From: Candidatus Latescibacterota bacterium | GTDB lineage: Bacteria; Latescibacterota; UBA2968; SICM01 | DNA: 64,000 nt | Assembly (NCBI GenBank): GCA_965217865.1 | Contig: CBDCJO010000002.1 | Span: 256,001 to 320,000, forward strand | Direction: 5' to 3' | Shown: one piece after another, positions 11,135 to 23,000 of the stretch | Numbering within the stretch: the stretch's first letter is position 1 | How the letters are laid out: every line of letters begins with the position of its first letter | Notes under the pieces: generated by a model | Seen by the model: the letters and a program-made list of their open reading frames with translations, nothing else | What the model was told of the DNA's origin: nothing | The model's database searches: none | Position numbers and translations under genes: made by a program

Positions 11135-11251
11135 AAGTGGGAAATCTATGGATATCACGTGGGGCATAGAACTGTCTGTTTGCCTTCCCACTTAAGTGGC
11201 TAAATTTCAATAAGCTCGGCAGTATGAGCTACAAATAGACGAGGACAACGA

Positions 11252-12688
11252 ATGATTGAAACTATTCGTCACAATTGTGGGATATGTGTAGCACACACAT
11301 TACATGATACATACTCTTTCATCGAATCTCTTCAACATAGAGGAAGGGATGCAACTGGGATAGCAGCAGTTGGCAAGGAAAAATTAGATGTCATAAAGTG
11401 GAAAGGGGGAGTAAGTAAGGTAGATTTAGTTGATCTCCACAAAATATTCCCCGCGTCTCAATACCATACTTTTATGGCTCACGTAAGATATGCCACTCGT
11501 GGAAAGAAGCAAGACATACTACAGGAAGCTCATCCACATACAATTGGAGGGAGAGTCACGAATAACGGAGACCACATTATCATATCTGATTGCGATGTTG
11601 TTGGAGTGCATAATGGTCAGGTAGATAATAAATATTTCGCCTCCATTGATGTAAGTTCCTTAACTACTGAGTGTGACACAGAAGCTCTTCTACATTTCTA
11701 CATGCATTATGGCGAGGAAGAGCTGATTAGGCAAATCCCAGGAGCATATACTTTAGCAATCGCTGATAAAAGGGTGGAAGAGATAATGGTTATGAGAGAT
11801 CGGACAGGTATCAGGCCAGGCGTGTTGGGCTGGAAAGACGGGAACCACTGTGTAGTGTCTGAGGATATAGCGCTTCGCCAGAATGGTGGTGAATATTTGG
11901 AGGATCTCGATCCCGGATCTGTCTATTATTTACATCCAAACGGTGGGTTCACCAAGAAAAGGGTTCTAGATCCGCAGTTGTCGCATTGCTTTTTCGAATG
12001 GAACTATATGGCACACAGGGATACGGTACTGGAAGGAATATATGTTAAGAACATCCGGAGAATCCTGGGTGAGACTCTCGCGAAGGAGTTCAAGGTACAG
12101 AACTGTGACATCGTGACGTTCTTGCCGAGGGCCCCGGAGGATGCTGCTCGAGGCTATACCAAGAATAGAGGAATTCATTATGATTCAGTATTCTTTAAGT
12201 TAAGAGGCGAGAGAGCTTTTCAGGGACCCACAAGTGAGGAGAGGAGGAAATCAATTTCGAATAATTTGTTCCTTCTTCCTCAGGTTAAGGAAACTCTCAA
12301 AGGGAAGGTCGTGGTTGTTATTGATGACAGCACTGTAAGAGGGAATAATATCGAGAGAGAAAGGTTGTTGCTTCAAGACGCTCAAGTGAGGAAGATTTTC
12401 CATATAAACTATACCCCACCGATTGGTATCGTTGGTCCTGACAATGTACCGAGAGGATGCATGTTCGGGGTAGACATCTCGCCAAATGATAACTTCATTG
12501 CCCGAGGAAGGACATTGGCGGAAATCTCTCATGAAACAGGTATAGAGATGTCATATATTTCCGTCGAAGGATTGTTACGAGCGTTTGAAAAATTAGGAAT
12601 GCCGAGAGAACATCTGTGCACATACTGCATAGGAGGTTGTCACCCTTTTCTTGAAATAGAGACAGTTGGTCAATTTAACTCTGACTAG
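11252..12688 (+). CDS. purF: Divergent amidophosphoribosyltransferase-like protein (Ntn glutaminase + type I PRTase)
   Basis: Propeptide then CGI, LQHRG, HVRYAT, HNG, CFFE, VIDDSTVRG PRPP motif, CMFGVD and CxxC; GAGGA RBS; no other pur gene nearby. Confidence 0.85.
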   Translation: MIETIRHNCGICVAHTLHDTYSFIESLQHRGRDATGIAAVGKEKLDVIKWKGGVSKVDLVDLHKIFPASQYHTFMAHVRYATRGKKQDILQEAHPHTIGGRVTNNGDHIIISDCDVVGVHNGQVDNKYFASIDVSSLTTECDTEALLHFYMHYGEEELIRQIPGAYTLAIADKRVEEIMVMRDRTGIRPGVLGWKDGNHCVVSEDIALRQNGGEYLEDLDPGSVYYLHPNGGFTKKRVLDPQLSHCFFEWNYMAHRDTVLEGIYVKNIRRILGETLAKEFKVQNCDIVTFLPRAPEDAARGYTKNRGIHYDSVFFKLRGERAFQGPTSEERRKSISNNLFLLPQVKETLKGKVVVVIDDSTVRGNNIERERLLLQDAQVRKIFHINYTPPIGIVGPDNVPRGCMFGVDISPNDNFIARGRTLAEISHETGIEMSYISVEGLLRAFEKLGMPREHLCTYCIGGCHPFLEIETVGQFNSD

Positions 12689-12815
12689 AGACAGCGTGCC
12701 ATTACCAGAGGCGTTTCAGATTGACGATCCTTGGGGTAACAGGCTTCACGTTGAACAGTAAGCATAACCTTACGAAGACTTTGCACGGCAGCTTCGCTTC
12801 TTTTTATTTTCCTAA

Positions 12816-14342
12816 CAGCCTGTTGAAAAAGTGCATTTATGTCAAGATGACTGTTGTCTTTCCTTGTGGTTTGGTCCTATGATATATCAGGTTCAAACTG
12901 AGAAGGGAGGACGAGCAAATGGCAATGGGAAAACGAGGACGACAGAGACAGGAAAACCTGTTCATCGCATCGAACACTTTGGTGAAATCTCCGGGTCATC
13001 CGTTCTACGAGAAGCTGAATCAGGTATTGGAGGCGAACGGGTTCGACGAGTTCGTCGAAGGGCTTTGCCAGCGGTATTACGCTCCTCATATGGGTCGCAA
13101 GGGCATTCCGCCCGGGGTTTATTTTCGGATGCTTTTGATTGGGTATTTCGAGGGACTTGATTCGGAACGTGGGATCGAATGGCGTGTATCCGACTCGCTG
13201 ACGTTGCGCCGGTTTTTGGGGTACGACCTTGACGAACAGACCCCGGATCATTCAAGCCTGTCTCGCATCCGGCATCGGCTTCCCTTGGAAGTTCACGAAG
13301 CGGTTTTCAAGTGGATCCTGAGGGTCTTGTGCAAAGCGGATCTGGTGAAGGGGAAGACGTTGGGCGTGGATGCTACGACACTGGAGGCCAACGCCGCGAT
13401 GCGCAGCATTGTACGCCGTGACACGGGTGAAGGCTACCAGGCATTCCTTGAGAATCTGGCCAAGGCCTCGGGCATTGAAACGCCTACCCGCGAGGACTTG
13501 TCCAAGATCGATAAGAAGCGACCGAAGAAGGGATCGAACCAGGACTGGGAGCACCCGCACGACCCGGATGCCAAGATCGCTAAAATGAAGGACGGTCGCA
13601 CGCACATGGCGCACAAGGTGGAGCACGCGGTGGATCTGGACACCAATGCCATTGTGGCAGTGGCGTTGTCGGGAGCAGATGAAGGAGATACCGGGTCGTT
13701 GTCCTGGACGCTGCTCGAGGCGCAGCTCAATCTCAAGCAGGTCGCGAAGGACGAAAAAGCTGCCAAACGTTTGCACAGACAGCGTATACGGGAGGTGGTT
13801 GCGGACAAAGGATATCATAGCAACGATGTATTGACCAGTCTGAAGCAAGGCGGCATCCGGAGTTACATTTCTGAACCGGATCGGGGACGCCGCAAGTGGA
13901 ACGGCCGACGAGATGAGCAGGCCGCGGTATATGCGAATCGACGCCGGATCAAGGGAGATCGCGGCAAGGTCTTGCGCCGAAGTCGTGCAGAACGGGTGGA
14001 AAGAACCATCGCTCACACATATGATACCGGTGGCATGCGCAGGTTGCACTTGAGAGACCGCGGCAATATCCTCAAGCGTTTGCTGATCCATATCGGGGGC
14101 TGCAACCTGGCTCTGCTCATGCGCAAAGTGATGGGCGTAGGTACTCCGAAGGCCCTCCAGGACCTGGCCAAGGCCTTGCAGCGTCTACTGCTCGTCCTAC
14201 AATCACGCTTTGCTGCCCTCGGTCACCTTTTTAACCTCTTATCAGCGTCTCCTGCTCAATCTCCTTACCTTGATTTATCCGACCCGCACTCCAGGCGTCT
14301 TTTCCGTTTATGTGTGTTGAAACGTAGTTCTTCAACGGGCTG
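12816..14342 (+). mobile_element. Complete IS (IS1182/IS5-like) with CTAA direct repeats
   Basis: Ends cagcctgttgaa / ttcaacgggctg are inverted repeats; CTAA at 12812-12815 and 14343-14346. Confidence 0.9.
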
Positions 14343-14346
14343 CTAA
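12919..14346 (+). CDS. DDE transposase (DUF772 + DDE), IS1182/IS5-like
   Basis: PDHSSLSRIR, GVDATTLEANA, DPDAKI, VVADKGY motifs; stop codon lies in the target duplication. Confidence 0.9.
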   Translation: MAMGKRGRQRQENLFIASNTLVKSPGHPFYEKLNQVLEANGFDEFVEGLCQRYYAPHMGRKGIPPGVYFRMLLIGYFEGLDSERGIEWRVSDSLTLRRFLGYDLDEQTPDHSSLSRIRHRLPLEVHEAVFKWILRVLCKADLVKGKTLGVDATTLEANAAMRSIVRRDTGEGYQAFLENLAKASGIETPTREDLSKIDKKRPKKGSNQDWEHPHDPDAKIAKMKDGRTHMAHKVEHAVDLDTNAIVAVALSGADEGDTGSLSWTLLEAQLNLKQVAKDEKAAKRLHRQRIREVVADKGYHSNDVLTSLKQGGIRSYISEPDRGRRKWNGRRDEQAAVYANRRRIKGDRGKVLRRSRAERVERTIAHTYDTGGMRRLHLRDRGNILKRLLIHIGGCNLALLMRKVMGVGTPKALQDLAKALQRLLLVLQSRFAALGHLFNLLSASPAQSPYLDLSDPHSRRLFRLCVLKRSSSTGC

Positions 14347-14631
14347 CCATCTCAGGGCTTCTCAGAAATGGGGGGCTACTAAAGATATGAGGTGGTGCAA
14401 ATGGCATCAAACCAAAATGAGTGGGTTTCGTAGAACCTGAAATCTGGAAACCTGAAAAGGAAGGAGACTCTGTTGATTTCAGCTTTTTTCTCAGTATTGG
14501 ATCATTAATTGGCTAAATGTGATTAAACGTTTTGTTTTTTCTGATCGGGATCTACATAACACAATCTGATAATCGAAACCGAGTGCGAACGCTTACAACT
14601 ATTTCCTGGTGGCTTCTCCATCGTATCCTTG

Positions 14632-15345
14632 TGATATGCCCCTGGGAAAAGTGGACAGTGGTTTAAGCCGCTTTCTGCAGCGATAGGCGTTCAAAAAGGG
14701 CCGGGGACACATAGTCCAGGTAAGCGTGCAGCCGCTGATTGTTGTAAAACATTTCGATGTACTCGAAGAGTTCGCGCTCTGCATGATCGAGGTCGATCAA
14801 GTCGACGTGATACAGCCATTCGGTCTTCAAGGTATTGAAGAATGACTCGGAGACGGCATTGTCCCAGCAATCGGCCTTCTTGCTCATGCTTTGAACAAAC
14901 TGATGCGCGTTCGACGGCCTTTCGGAAGCCATCGCAGCAAAGTGGTGGGCCTTTATGAACCTGAATCTGCTTTCGGTGTCTTTGAGAAGATGGCCACTAC
15001 TTTGTTTAGGATGTCCCGTTCTTCCCGCGCGATGTCAAGCTCTCGACGTAAACAGCGGTTCTCCTCCTCCAAAGGCTTCTGGTGACCTGTACCTGGGAAC
15101 GCATCGATCGGGTCTGCCTCCAGCTCATCACGCCAGCGCCGGATCGCCCCCTGGTATAATCCCAGGTCCCGTTCTATCTGCCGGTCCGTCTTTCCACTGG
15201 TGTCAGCCAGACGCACCGACTCTCTCTTGAACTCAGAATCATACCGCTTTCCCGGATGTGAAGCTCCTTGACCTTTCATAGACACACCTCCTATACCTAC
15301 AAAATATACTACCTCTTGGTGTGTCCACAATCCCCAAACAGGTCA
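14632..15345 (-). mobile_element. IS3-family element with internal deletion (orfA 14953-15279 intact, orfB lacks its 5' two-thirds)
   Basis: Both ends match the full copy at 32805-34078; deletion junction near 14940. Confidence 0.92.
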
Positions 15346-16025
15346 GTTGTTTGAGTGGAGTGAGCACTCGAAACTTTCGTCGTTCCGACGCGATGTCCTC
15401 CGACCAATGCATAAGGACAAAGTCATCGAGTATGACGAGGTGGACGATATTTTCTATCTATCACCGCTTGGGGTAGATGAAGTGGAGACGTTACTGCTGA
15501 CCGATTCTACGGTCGCCTAGGGCGTTCGTGGTCTCCACGTTCGCGGTCCAACAGGCCTTATATCGGATTCCCCGAACCTTTTATAGGAGGAAGTTTCGGG
15601 TCGTGCTCAGATCACGCAGACATGGAGTAAGATTTCTTGGGAGCGTAAACTTCGCCCAATAGTCCGTGAAATAGCAAAGTCCTCAAACGTATCATACCAA
15701 AAAGGCCTTCAAAAGCTGGCTCAATCCCTATCAGTGATCCAGCAAGTTCCCTACCATTCCAGTACATTCGGTTTGAAAAGGAAAACGCTCAACGCGTTGG
15801 ATTCTCGGGAGGCCGCTATATCTTATGTCCGTGAGGTTCTTGTCCCGAGAGCGAAAAGTGGAGAAATAACGATAATTGTTGCTCGCAGGGCGCGGGACTG
15901 GGGTGTTCCGAATGGAAGACATATCATTGTGTACAGGTCATCTGAATCCCGTGGGCAACATCTATCACTTAATAGTCGAGGAGGAAAGGCCATTACGAAA
16001 AGGCTTGGGATATGACCATTCTCCT

Positions 16026-16290
16026 TCAGCTCTCCGGCACATATGGCGATTTCCATAATTGACGAATATCATCGATTTCCTGCTTGATCATGGCAATCCG
16101 CTCTATTCCCAGCCCAAAAGCAAATCCGCTTACCCTCTTTACATTGAAACCCGCCTTGCGTAACATATCTTCTTTCAGAAGCCCGCAGCCGCCCATTCCA
16201 AACCATTTTTCGTTCCATCTGATATCGAATTCAATACCAGATTCGACGAACTTGAAATCATGATTGCGCCAACGGATCTCGACTTCTCCG
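16026..16290 (-). pseudogene. pheS: C-terminal fragment of a phenylalanyl-tRNA synthetase alpha-like protein
   Basis: GGCG...SGFAFGLGIERIAMIKQEIDDIRQLW (class II aaRS motif 3). Confidence 0.75.
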
Positions 16291-17086
16291 AACACCGCTG
16301 CTGAAGTGGATTGCAGCCGAGAAGGCGCGGTTGGTGGAGGCGAGGATTCGGAGGGGAAAGGTACTTCCCACTATCGACTGTGATGAGGCTCTTTTCGGGA
16401 TTCCTTCGGAGTGGTGTTGGGTGAGGTTTGGAAGCATCGCCGACTTCTCGGCTGGTCGCACACCAACTCGAAACGAGCCGTCCTTCTGGAATACCGGCGA
16501 CCACCCGTGGGTCAGCATCGCAGACATGAACGATGGCGAGACACTCACAGCGACAAAGGAAGCGATCAGCAGGGAGGCGGCCAAGCGGATCTTTCGGTCT
16601 CAGCCCGAACAAGTCGGCACGATGATTATGAGCTTCAAGCTGACGATCGGAAAAATCGCGAGACTTGGTATTCCTGCCTACCATAACGAAGCCATCATCG
16701 CGATACGTCCGTATATTGAGGAAGTAGACCCTTACTTGATCAAGGCATTGCCGTTTTTCGCGCGTCAAGGCGACACGAAAGGGGCAATAAAGGGCGCAAC
16801 CCTAAATCGAGAATCGATTTCCAACATACCCATTCCTCTCCCACCCCTAGCCGAACAACACCGCATCGTCGCCAAGGTCGATGAACTCATGGCCCTGTGC
16901 GATCGACTGGAGGAGAGTCTTGCCGCTGGCGACGACACCCGCAGCCGCCTGCTTGACGCACTGCTGCACGAAGCACTGTCGCCGAGCAAGGAGGAAATCC
17001 GGCAGGTTACGAACACGATCGCTCAAAAAGTGCCGGACAAACCGTCACCGAAAGTGCTGACCGAGTCAACACCGATCCGTACGTGA
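16271..17086 (+). pseudogene. hsdS: Type I restriction specificity subunit, C-terminal half
   Basis: FGIPSEWCWVRFG, IPLPPLAEQHRIVAKVDELMALCDRLE conserved helices; N-terminal TRD absent. Confidence 0.88.
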
Positions 17087-17272
17087 ACTGAATGAGCCTT
17101 CCAAACATCAATTTCGAGAATATTCGCCCGTTCAACGGAAGATGCTCGGCTGGATTCGAGAGTAATGTGTTGCCAAATCGCCTCTTTGGAACCAGCATCG
17201 TCGGGAGAAAACTGCTATCGAAAGGGCTGTGGCGGGGACGGAGGTGCCAACGTCGACTAGTGGAGCGTAGGC

Positions 17273-17695
17273 ATGAGGTTTAAGAGCGCCACAATCAAAG
17301 ACTTTAAACGGTTCACCAACCTGACCGTTCAGGGCATCCCCGACACCGCGCGCCTGATTGTGCTCGCAGGTCCGAACGGGTGTGGCAAGTCCTCCTTCTT
17401 CGATGCGCTGCAGACCTGGCACAATTGGACATCAAAGAAACATCCAGCATGGGACATGGATTATCGCGTCAAAGCTGGTTCACCCAGCCGCGACCAATGG
17501 ACCAACGATGTCGTGTTGGAGTTTCACGATTCTTTTCCTGAAGAGCGAAAAAAGGTCTTCTACGTGAGGTCCGCGTATAGAAACGACCCCGACTTTCAGA
17601 TTCATCAACTCAAACGGACTGGAGATCCTTTGGATGAAGTACGCGTCAGCCGCATGATCGACAACGATGCCGCCGTCAGTCGAAACTATCAGGGA
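17273..17695 (+). pseudogene. N-terminal fragment of an ABC/AAA ATPase
   Basis: IKDFKRF...LAGPNGCGKSS Walker A; after ~17695 the ORF is only antisense of the DUF3326 remnant. Confidence 0.75.
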
Positions 17696-18755
17696 CTCGG
17701 TAGTCCGAGGCATCCGTCGGGAATAACTACGCACGAAACATCCTCCGCCGTGAAACCCCCCGGTCGGCTCATTGCCGTCGGATCAGTGATGATACGGGGA
17801 CTTCGTTGTAAGCCTTTGAGTGTGCATTGTAGGAAAGTCGCTGATACTGCCTCCGCTGCCATTCGAGGGTCAACTATTCCTGGGTCCATATTGGCTATCT
17901 CTCGCGATTCAAACATGGGCGAATGGGCGGTCGGAATGTTGTACATACTGGAGAGAGCGTGCGTTAGCATGGCCTCGACGCCCCCCCAAGGATTCACCAT
18001 GGCACCCCGAGCGTCGAAAGTAACCTTGGTGAAACTCAGGAGGCACGTCGATCACGGAAGAAATCGCTACGGCATCATACTGTCCACGACGATCGTCGAG
18101 CAGTCTGCAAAGGCTTTCCATGTCCTCGACACGACCCGCAGCTCTCCCCGAGGGCGAATGACGAGCCCGAAGTTTCACAGGTGGATCAAGGCAAACCACC
18201 TCTGGACACAAGAGACCATAAGCTGCCCGTGCGCCGCTTACCGCGTTAACTGCTGAATTAACGAACATCTCGTCTTCATGGGTGTCAATCACTACCAGAA
18301 CTCGATTGGAGCGGACCCGTTGAAGCCCAGCCGTCCCCATTAACAGCCACGTTATGACACTTCCCTCGACATAGAGAGCACTTTGCGGCATCTCGTTCAG
18401 GTCCGAAGCGTTGACCACGTTCGGATGGAGGACGAGCGTGTCCGATACTTCAGCGAGCATTCGGGCGACTGGACCGGCATCGCCGGCATGTCCACCGATC
18501 TCCGCACCTACTCCGGTTGGTACGAGAAGCACCACATTGAATTGGCTCCCGTTTTCTACAAACCGTAACTGAAAATCGAATATCGAACCATTTTGTAAGT
18601 GTCGTTCGGACGAGCTGCGGATGGCTCCATACTCACACCGATAGCCCGCCGAACTTGTCGATGTCACCACGAACCTGACGACAGATTCTCCATCAGGTAC
18701 GTTCTGCTCATAAACATGCCTGAGATGTGGCAGCAATCCCTTGTGTCCCGCAATA
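17696..18755 (-). pseudogene. DUF3326-family protein, truncated at both ends and frameshifted near 18010
   Basis: LVPTGVGAEIGGHAGDA, HPNVVNASD, NPWGGVEA, PTAHSP, DPRMAAE motifs split over two frames. Confidence 0.8.
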
Positions 18756-18799
18756 GATGCCTTCAGGTCGTGCTTCGTATCCGTGGTCGTTGCGGATTG

Positions 18800-19503
18800 A
18801 AACCCCCAATGTGTTTTTGGAACCGGCGTCACTGCGCGCAGGATTGTCAACAGCGTTTGGTCAAGCGCTGCAGGACCCGGCAAATGCTCAACTGGCAGAG
18901 GCTCTGGCAGCGCTGGATGCGCCCACACTGGGTGGAAATGGCAATGGGTCAGTGGTAGACGAACTGACCACAACGTTTACGACCAATACGGCGAGAATCC
19001 CGTATGGGACCATCACGGCCGAGCAGGCAACCGATCCAGTGTCCGTGATGCTGACCTATCGAAATTTTGGCAAGGTGACGATCTACGGCGCGGATCTGGC
19101 CTTTGCCTATTATCCCGACGATGCCTGGACGGTTACGGGAAACTTTTCGTATGTTAGCGAAGATCTGTTTCCAAATCTGGACAACCTTGGGGATGTTGCG
19201 TTGAATGCGCCCACCCGGAAATTCAACCTTGGCATCGAATACAAAGTGCCCAATACCCGTTTGAGCCTGGGTGGGGAAGTGCGTTATCGTGGGAAATTCC
19301 CGATGAGTTCGGGCGTGTTTGTCGGACATGTGGATTCTTATGCGGTGGTGGATGGGAACGCCACCTACGAAATTCCTATGGAGCAGGCGCGTGTGACGTT
19401 GAGTTTGGATGCCAGCAACCTCCTGAACCGAAAATATCGGTCTTTTGTGGGGGCGCCGGAAATTGGACGGCTGGTGTCGGCAGGATTGGCGGTTCGTTTC
19501 TGA
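18800..19503 (+). pseudogene. C-terminal fragment of a TonB-dependent outer-membrane receptor
   Basis: Amphipathic beta-strands, NLLNRKY motif, terminal Phe (GLAVRF). Confidence 0.85.
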
Positions 19504-20038
19504 ATCGCAGAGGGCCGATGATCTCCTCGGCCCGACCCCGGAGGTGTGAAAACACTACGGTTGTTATTACGTTGGACACAATTTAAGGTAACATGGTGAT
19601 ATCAGTTTCAATGGCTGGACGTCTTCTACGCACAAAGACACGCCAGGGGGCAAAGACCCCTCTCATCAGCCCCTGCCGTGGGACACGCGTTAGCGTAGCC
19701 CCAAAGGGGCTGCTTCTATCCGCACCTATAATCGTAAACGCGGAGAAGGTTATGAGAACGAAGCCAAAGCCCCACGGCCTTCGGAGTTGTCCTCGCTCGT
19801 GCCTCAGCAAGGACGGGCCGGAGCTTAAAGTTCGCCTTCGGCGGAAGATTCCTCAGGTGGTTCTTCATAGGCTTCTGTCTCGCGATTCCACCACGCGTAG
19901 TCCCAGGCGTCGGCGTCACTAGAGGGTTCGACCGCCGATTCGGCGATCCATTGACGTACCGGCTGATGTCCGGGTTTCTGCAGCACTTTCACCTGATACA
20001 TGAGCCTCACTACCTACGGATCCCTTCTAGGCTAGACT

Positions 20039-23000
20039 ATGCGTGCAGCGATGTCGTTGGAGATGAACAACCTGCTTGAACAAGCCACTGTCGCTCTCTG
20101 CGGGGCATTGGAGGAGTTCCTCCCTTCGCTCTCGGACACGTGGTGGGAAACCTGCGTGAAATCAAAGCTCTCTTTTCAACAGCACCAGCGCGTTATGCAG
20201 CGCAGCATTTCCCGCCTCGACCAACTTGACTTGGCAACACTACTTCGTCTCGTGGGCCAAAACTGGTATGAGTTGGCTGATTCGCACAACTGGCCATATC
20301 AGGGCCGCAACTTCGTCAAGGAGATGCAAACGGTCCGCAACCGCTGGGCGCATGCCGAGGTTACCGCGCCCCCGAGAGAGGATATCTATCGGGACCTCGA
20401 CACACTCCATCGCTTTCTAGCCCTTGTTTGTCCGGAATCAGAGCTGACGGAACGTGTGGCTGACGAGAAGAAGCAGATCCTCACCGAACAGCCGGAGCAC
20501 CCGCAACAGCCTCATCCATCCAAGAGTGCCTCGACACAGTTCTCTTTGGGGGATGTGGTAAGGCTACGGGCAGATCCTGAGAAGTCCGGCGCCGTTACAT
20601 CCGTCCACCCGATGGGACAGGAAACGCGCTATCAGGTCTTCATCAACGGGAAGGTTGGCTCCTTCTATGAAAGCCAGCTTCAGCTTGCAGAGGCAACTTC
20701 GGAGGCGGATTGGGTCGTCCCGCTCCAGGAATTCCACGCACGCTTGACCGCTCTACAGCTTCTCCATCCGAGCGTCTCGAAACTCTATTCACTCCACGCA
20801 GCGCGCATTGATCTCATCCCTTACCAGTTCCGTCCGGTCCTGAAGTTTATTCAATCTGACCGACCCAGGCTACTGATTGCCGACAGCGTTGGTGTCGGGA
20901 AGACGATTGAAGCCGGTTTGATTCTGCGCGAGTTGCAGGCGCGTCGCGACATACGCCGTGTTCTAATTGTCTGTCCCCGCCCACTCGTAACCGAGGAGAA
21001 ATGGCGCCTTGAGATGAAGCGGTTCGACGAGCGCTTCGAACACCTGGATGGCCCTAAATTGCGATACTGCATTTCGGAAACGGATCTGGACGGCGGATGG
21101 CCTCAGCAGTACGAGAAGGCAATTCTACCTTTTACGCTTTTGGCCGAGGAGTTCCTGCACGGCCGAGGTAAAAGGAAGGGTATTCTCGACTTGGACCCGC
21201 CACCGCAGTTCGATTTAGTCATCGTCGATGAGGCGCACCACATCCGTAACACAGAGACTCAGCGCCATCAAGCGGTCCGCTTCTTGTGCGACCACGCCGA
21301 AGCCGTCGTCTTCCTCACGGCTACCCCCATCCAATTGGGTGAACGTGACCTGTATGTCCTTCTCAACACCCTCCGTCCTGATGTCATCATCGATCAGGCT
21401 GGTTACACCGCGATCACGGAACCCAATGTGCACATCAATGAAGCTGCACTCATTGCCAGAGCCGGCGAGCCGGGCTGGGCCGGTCAGGCGAAGGCCGCAT
21501 TAGGCCGGGCGGCCGAGACTCCATGGGGGACAACCGTCCTCCAAGAAGACCCCCACTTTCAGAACATCTATGACGCACTGGGTGATTTCGGCGACGATCG
21601 GTCCAGGCGAGTCCAGGCCATACGCGAGATTGAACAGCTGCACACGTTGTCCGGTTTGATGAACCGGACACTTCGTCGAGATATTGGCGAGTTCACTCAG
21701 CGCAAGCCCGAAACGGTGCCCGTAGATTTCACTCCAGAGCAGCGCCAACTACATGACGCCGTGCTCGCTGCTCAGGCGTCGATCTATACGGCCCTCCACG
21801 GGGACTGGGCAGTGAATTTCCTACTGACCACAATCCGCCGCCAGGCCGCCAGCTGCATCCACGGTCTGGCTCCGCTTCTCCGCGACATCCTCACCCGAAG
21901 GATCGGAGAACTAGTACCAACCTGCGGAAATTCGCGTAATCTGATTTCCTAGCAAAAACAGGATGTTAAGGGCGGATTTGCACGCATAAACTTGCGCAGC
22001 TAAGTACTAGAATGGGACGAACTGGTGGACGCTGAGGGAGCGTCGGCAGGTGCCGACGATGCCGTCCCGAGGATCCGAGAGCTGGTGAACGAGGCGCTGG
22101 CCTTGGCGGAGAGACTGCCGCTCGGGACGGCTCGAGATCCGAAGTTCCAGGCTCTACGGAAAGTGCTGGAACAGAAGAAGGCCCTCACTAATAACAAGGT
22201 CATGCTGTTCAGCACCTTCCGCCACACACTCGCCTATCTCAACGGGGCCCTTCGAGAATCCGGATACCGTGTCGGTCTCATTCATGGGGGAGTCGATGAC
22301 GATGAACGTATCGCACTCCGCGCGTGCTTCGAGAAGGACCCACAGGATCCCGAGGCTCTTGATATCCTTCTTTTCTCCGAAGTCGGTTGCGAAGGTCTTG
22401 ACTACCAGTTCTGCGACTGCATTGTAAATTACGATCTTCCATGGAATCCTATGCAAATCGACCAACGCATCGGGCGCATCGACCGATGGGGTCAGGCGAG
22501 TGAAGCCATCGCGATCTATAATCTGATTACTTCCGGCACGGTTGACGCTGACATTTACGAGCGGTGTCTTCTCCGCATCGGGGTCTTCGAACGCGCCCTG
22601 GGAGCAAACGAGGTCATTCTCGGCAAAATCACACGGGAACTCACGAGTGTCGGTGAGAACCTGATGCTCACCAAGGAGGAACGACAAGCCAAGCTTGATC
22701 AACTAGCCGACAACAGCATCCGTCTGGTCAAGGAACAGCGGGACCTCGAGAACCGTCAGACGGAGCTATTCGGTTTACGGCTTCCGGCAGACCAGTTCCA
22801 ACAAGACGTAGACGACGCCACAAGTTACTGGCTGACCCCCGACTCTATCGACCGCCTCGTCACCCACTATCTGAAATCCGTCACCGGAAAAGAAGAGGCC
22901 CCTGTCCTCGGCGACGGGCCGAAGAAGACGCTGCGCATTTCGAGAACGGGCCGGGATGCGTTGCTCGCTGACTTCGTCAAACTAACAAGCCGCGTATCCA

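Noticed and set aside
15540-15600. Integron attC sites explaining the mosaic (gtccaac here, gaccaac near 42877)
   Set aside because: No matching GTTRRRY partner boxes, no integron integrase, and fragments are cut mid-gene, unlike cassettes.
17273-18256. 327-aa ORF as an intact ATPase
   Set aside because: Only the first ~140 aa are ATPase-like; the rest is antisense read-through of DUF3326.
17909-18973. 354-aa ORF as a full DUF3326 protein
   Set aside because: Its N-terminus is antisense TonB-receptor sequence plus an IS3 chip, and the C-terminus is frameshifted.
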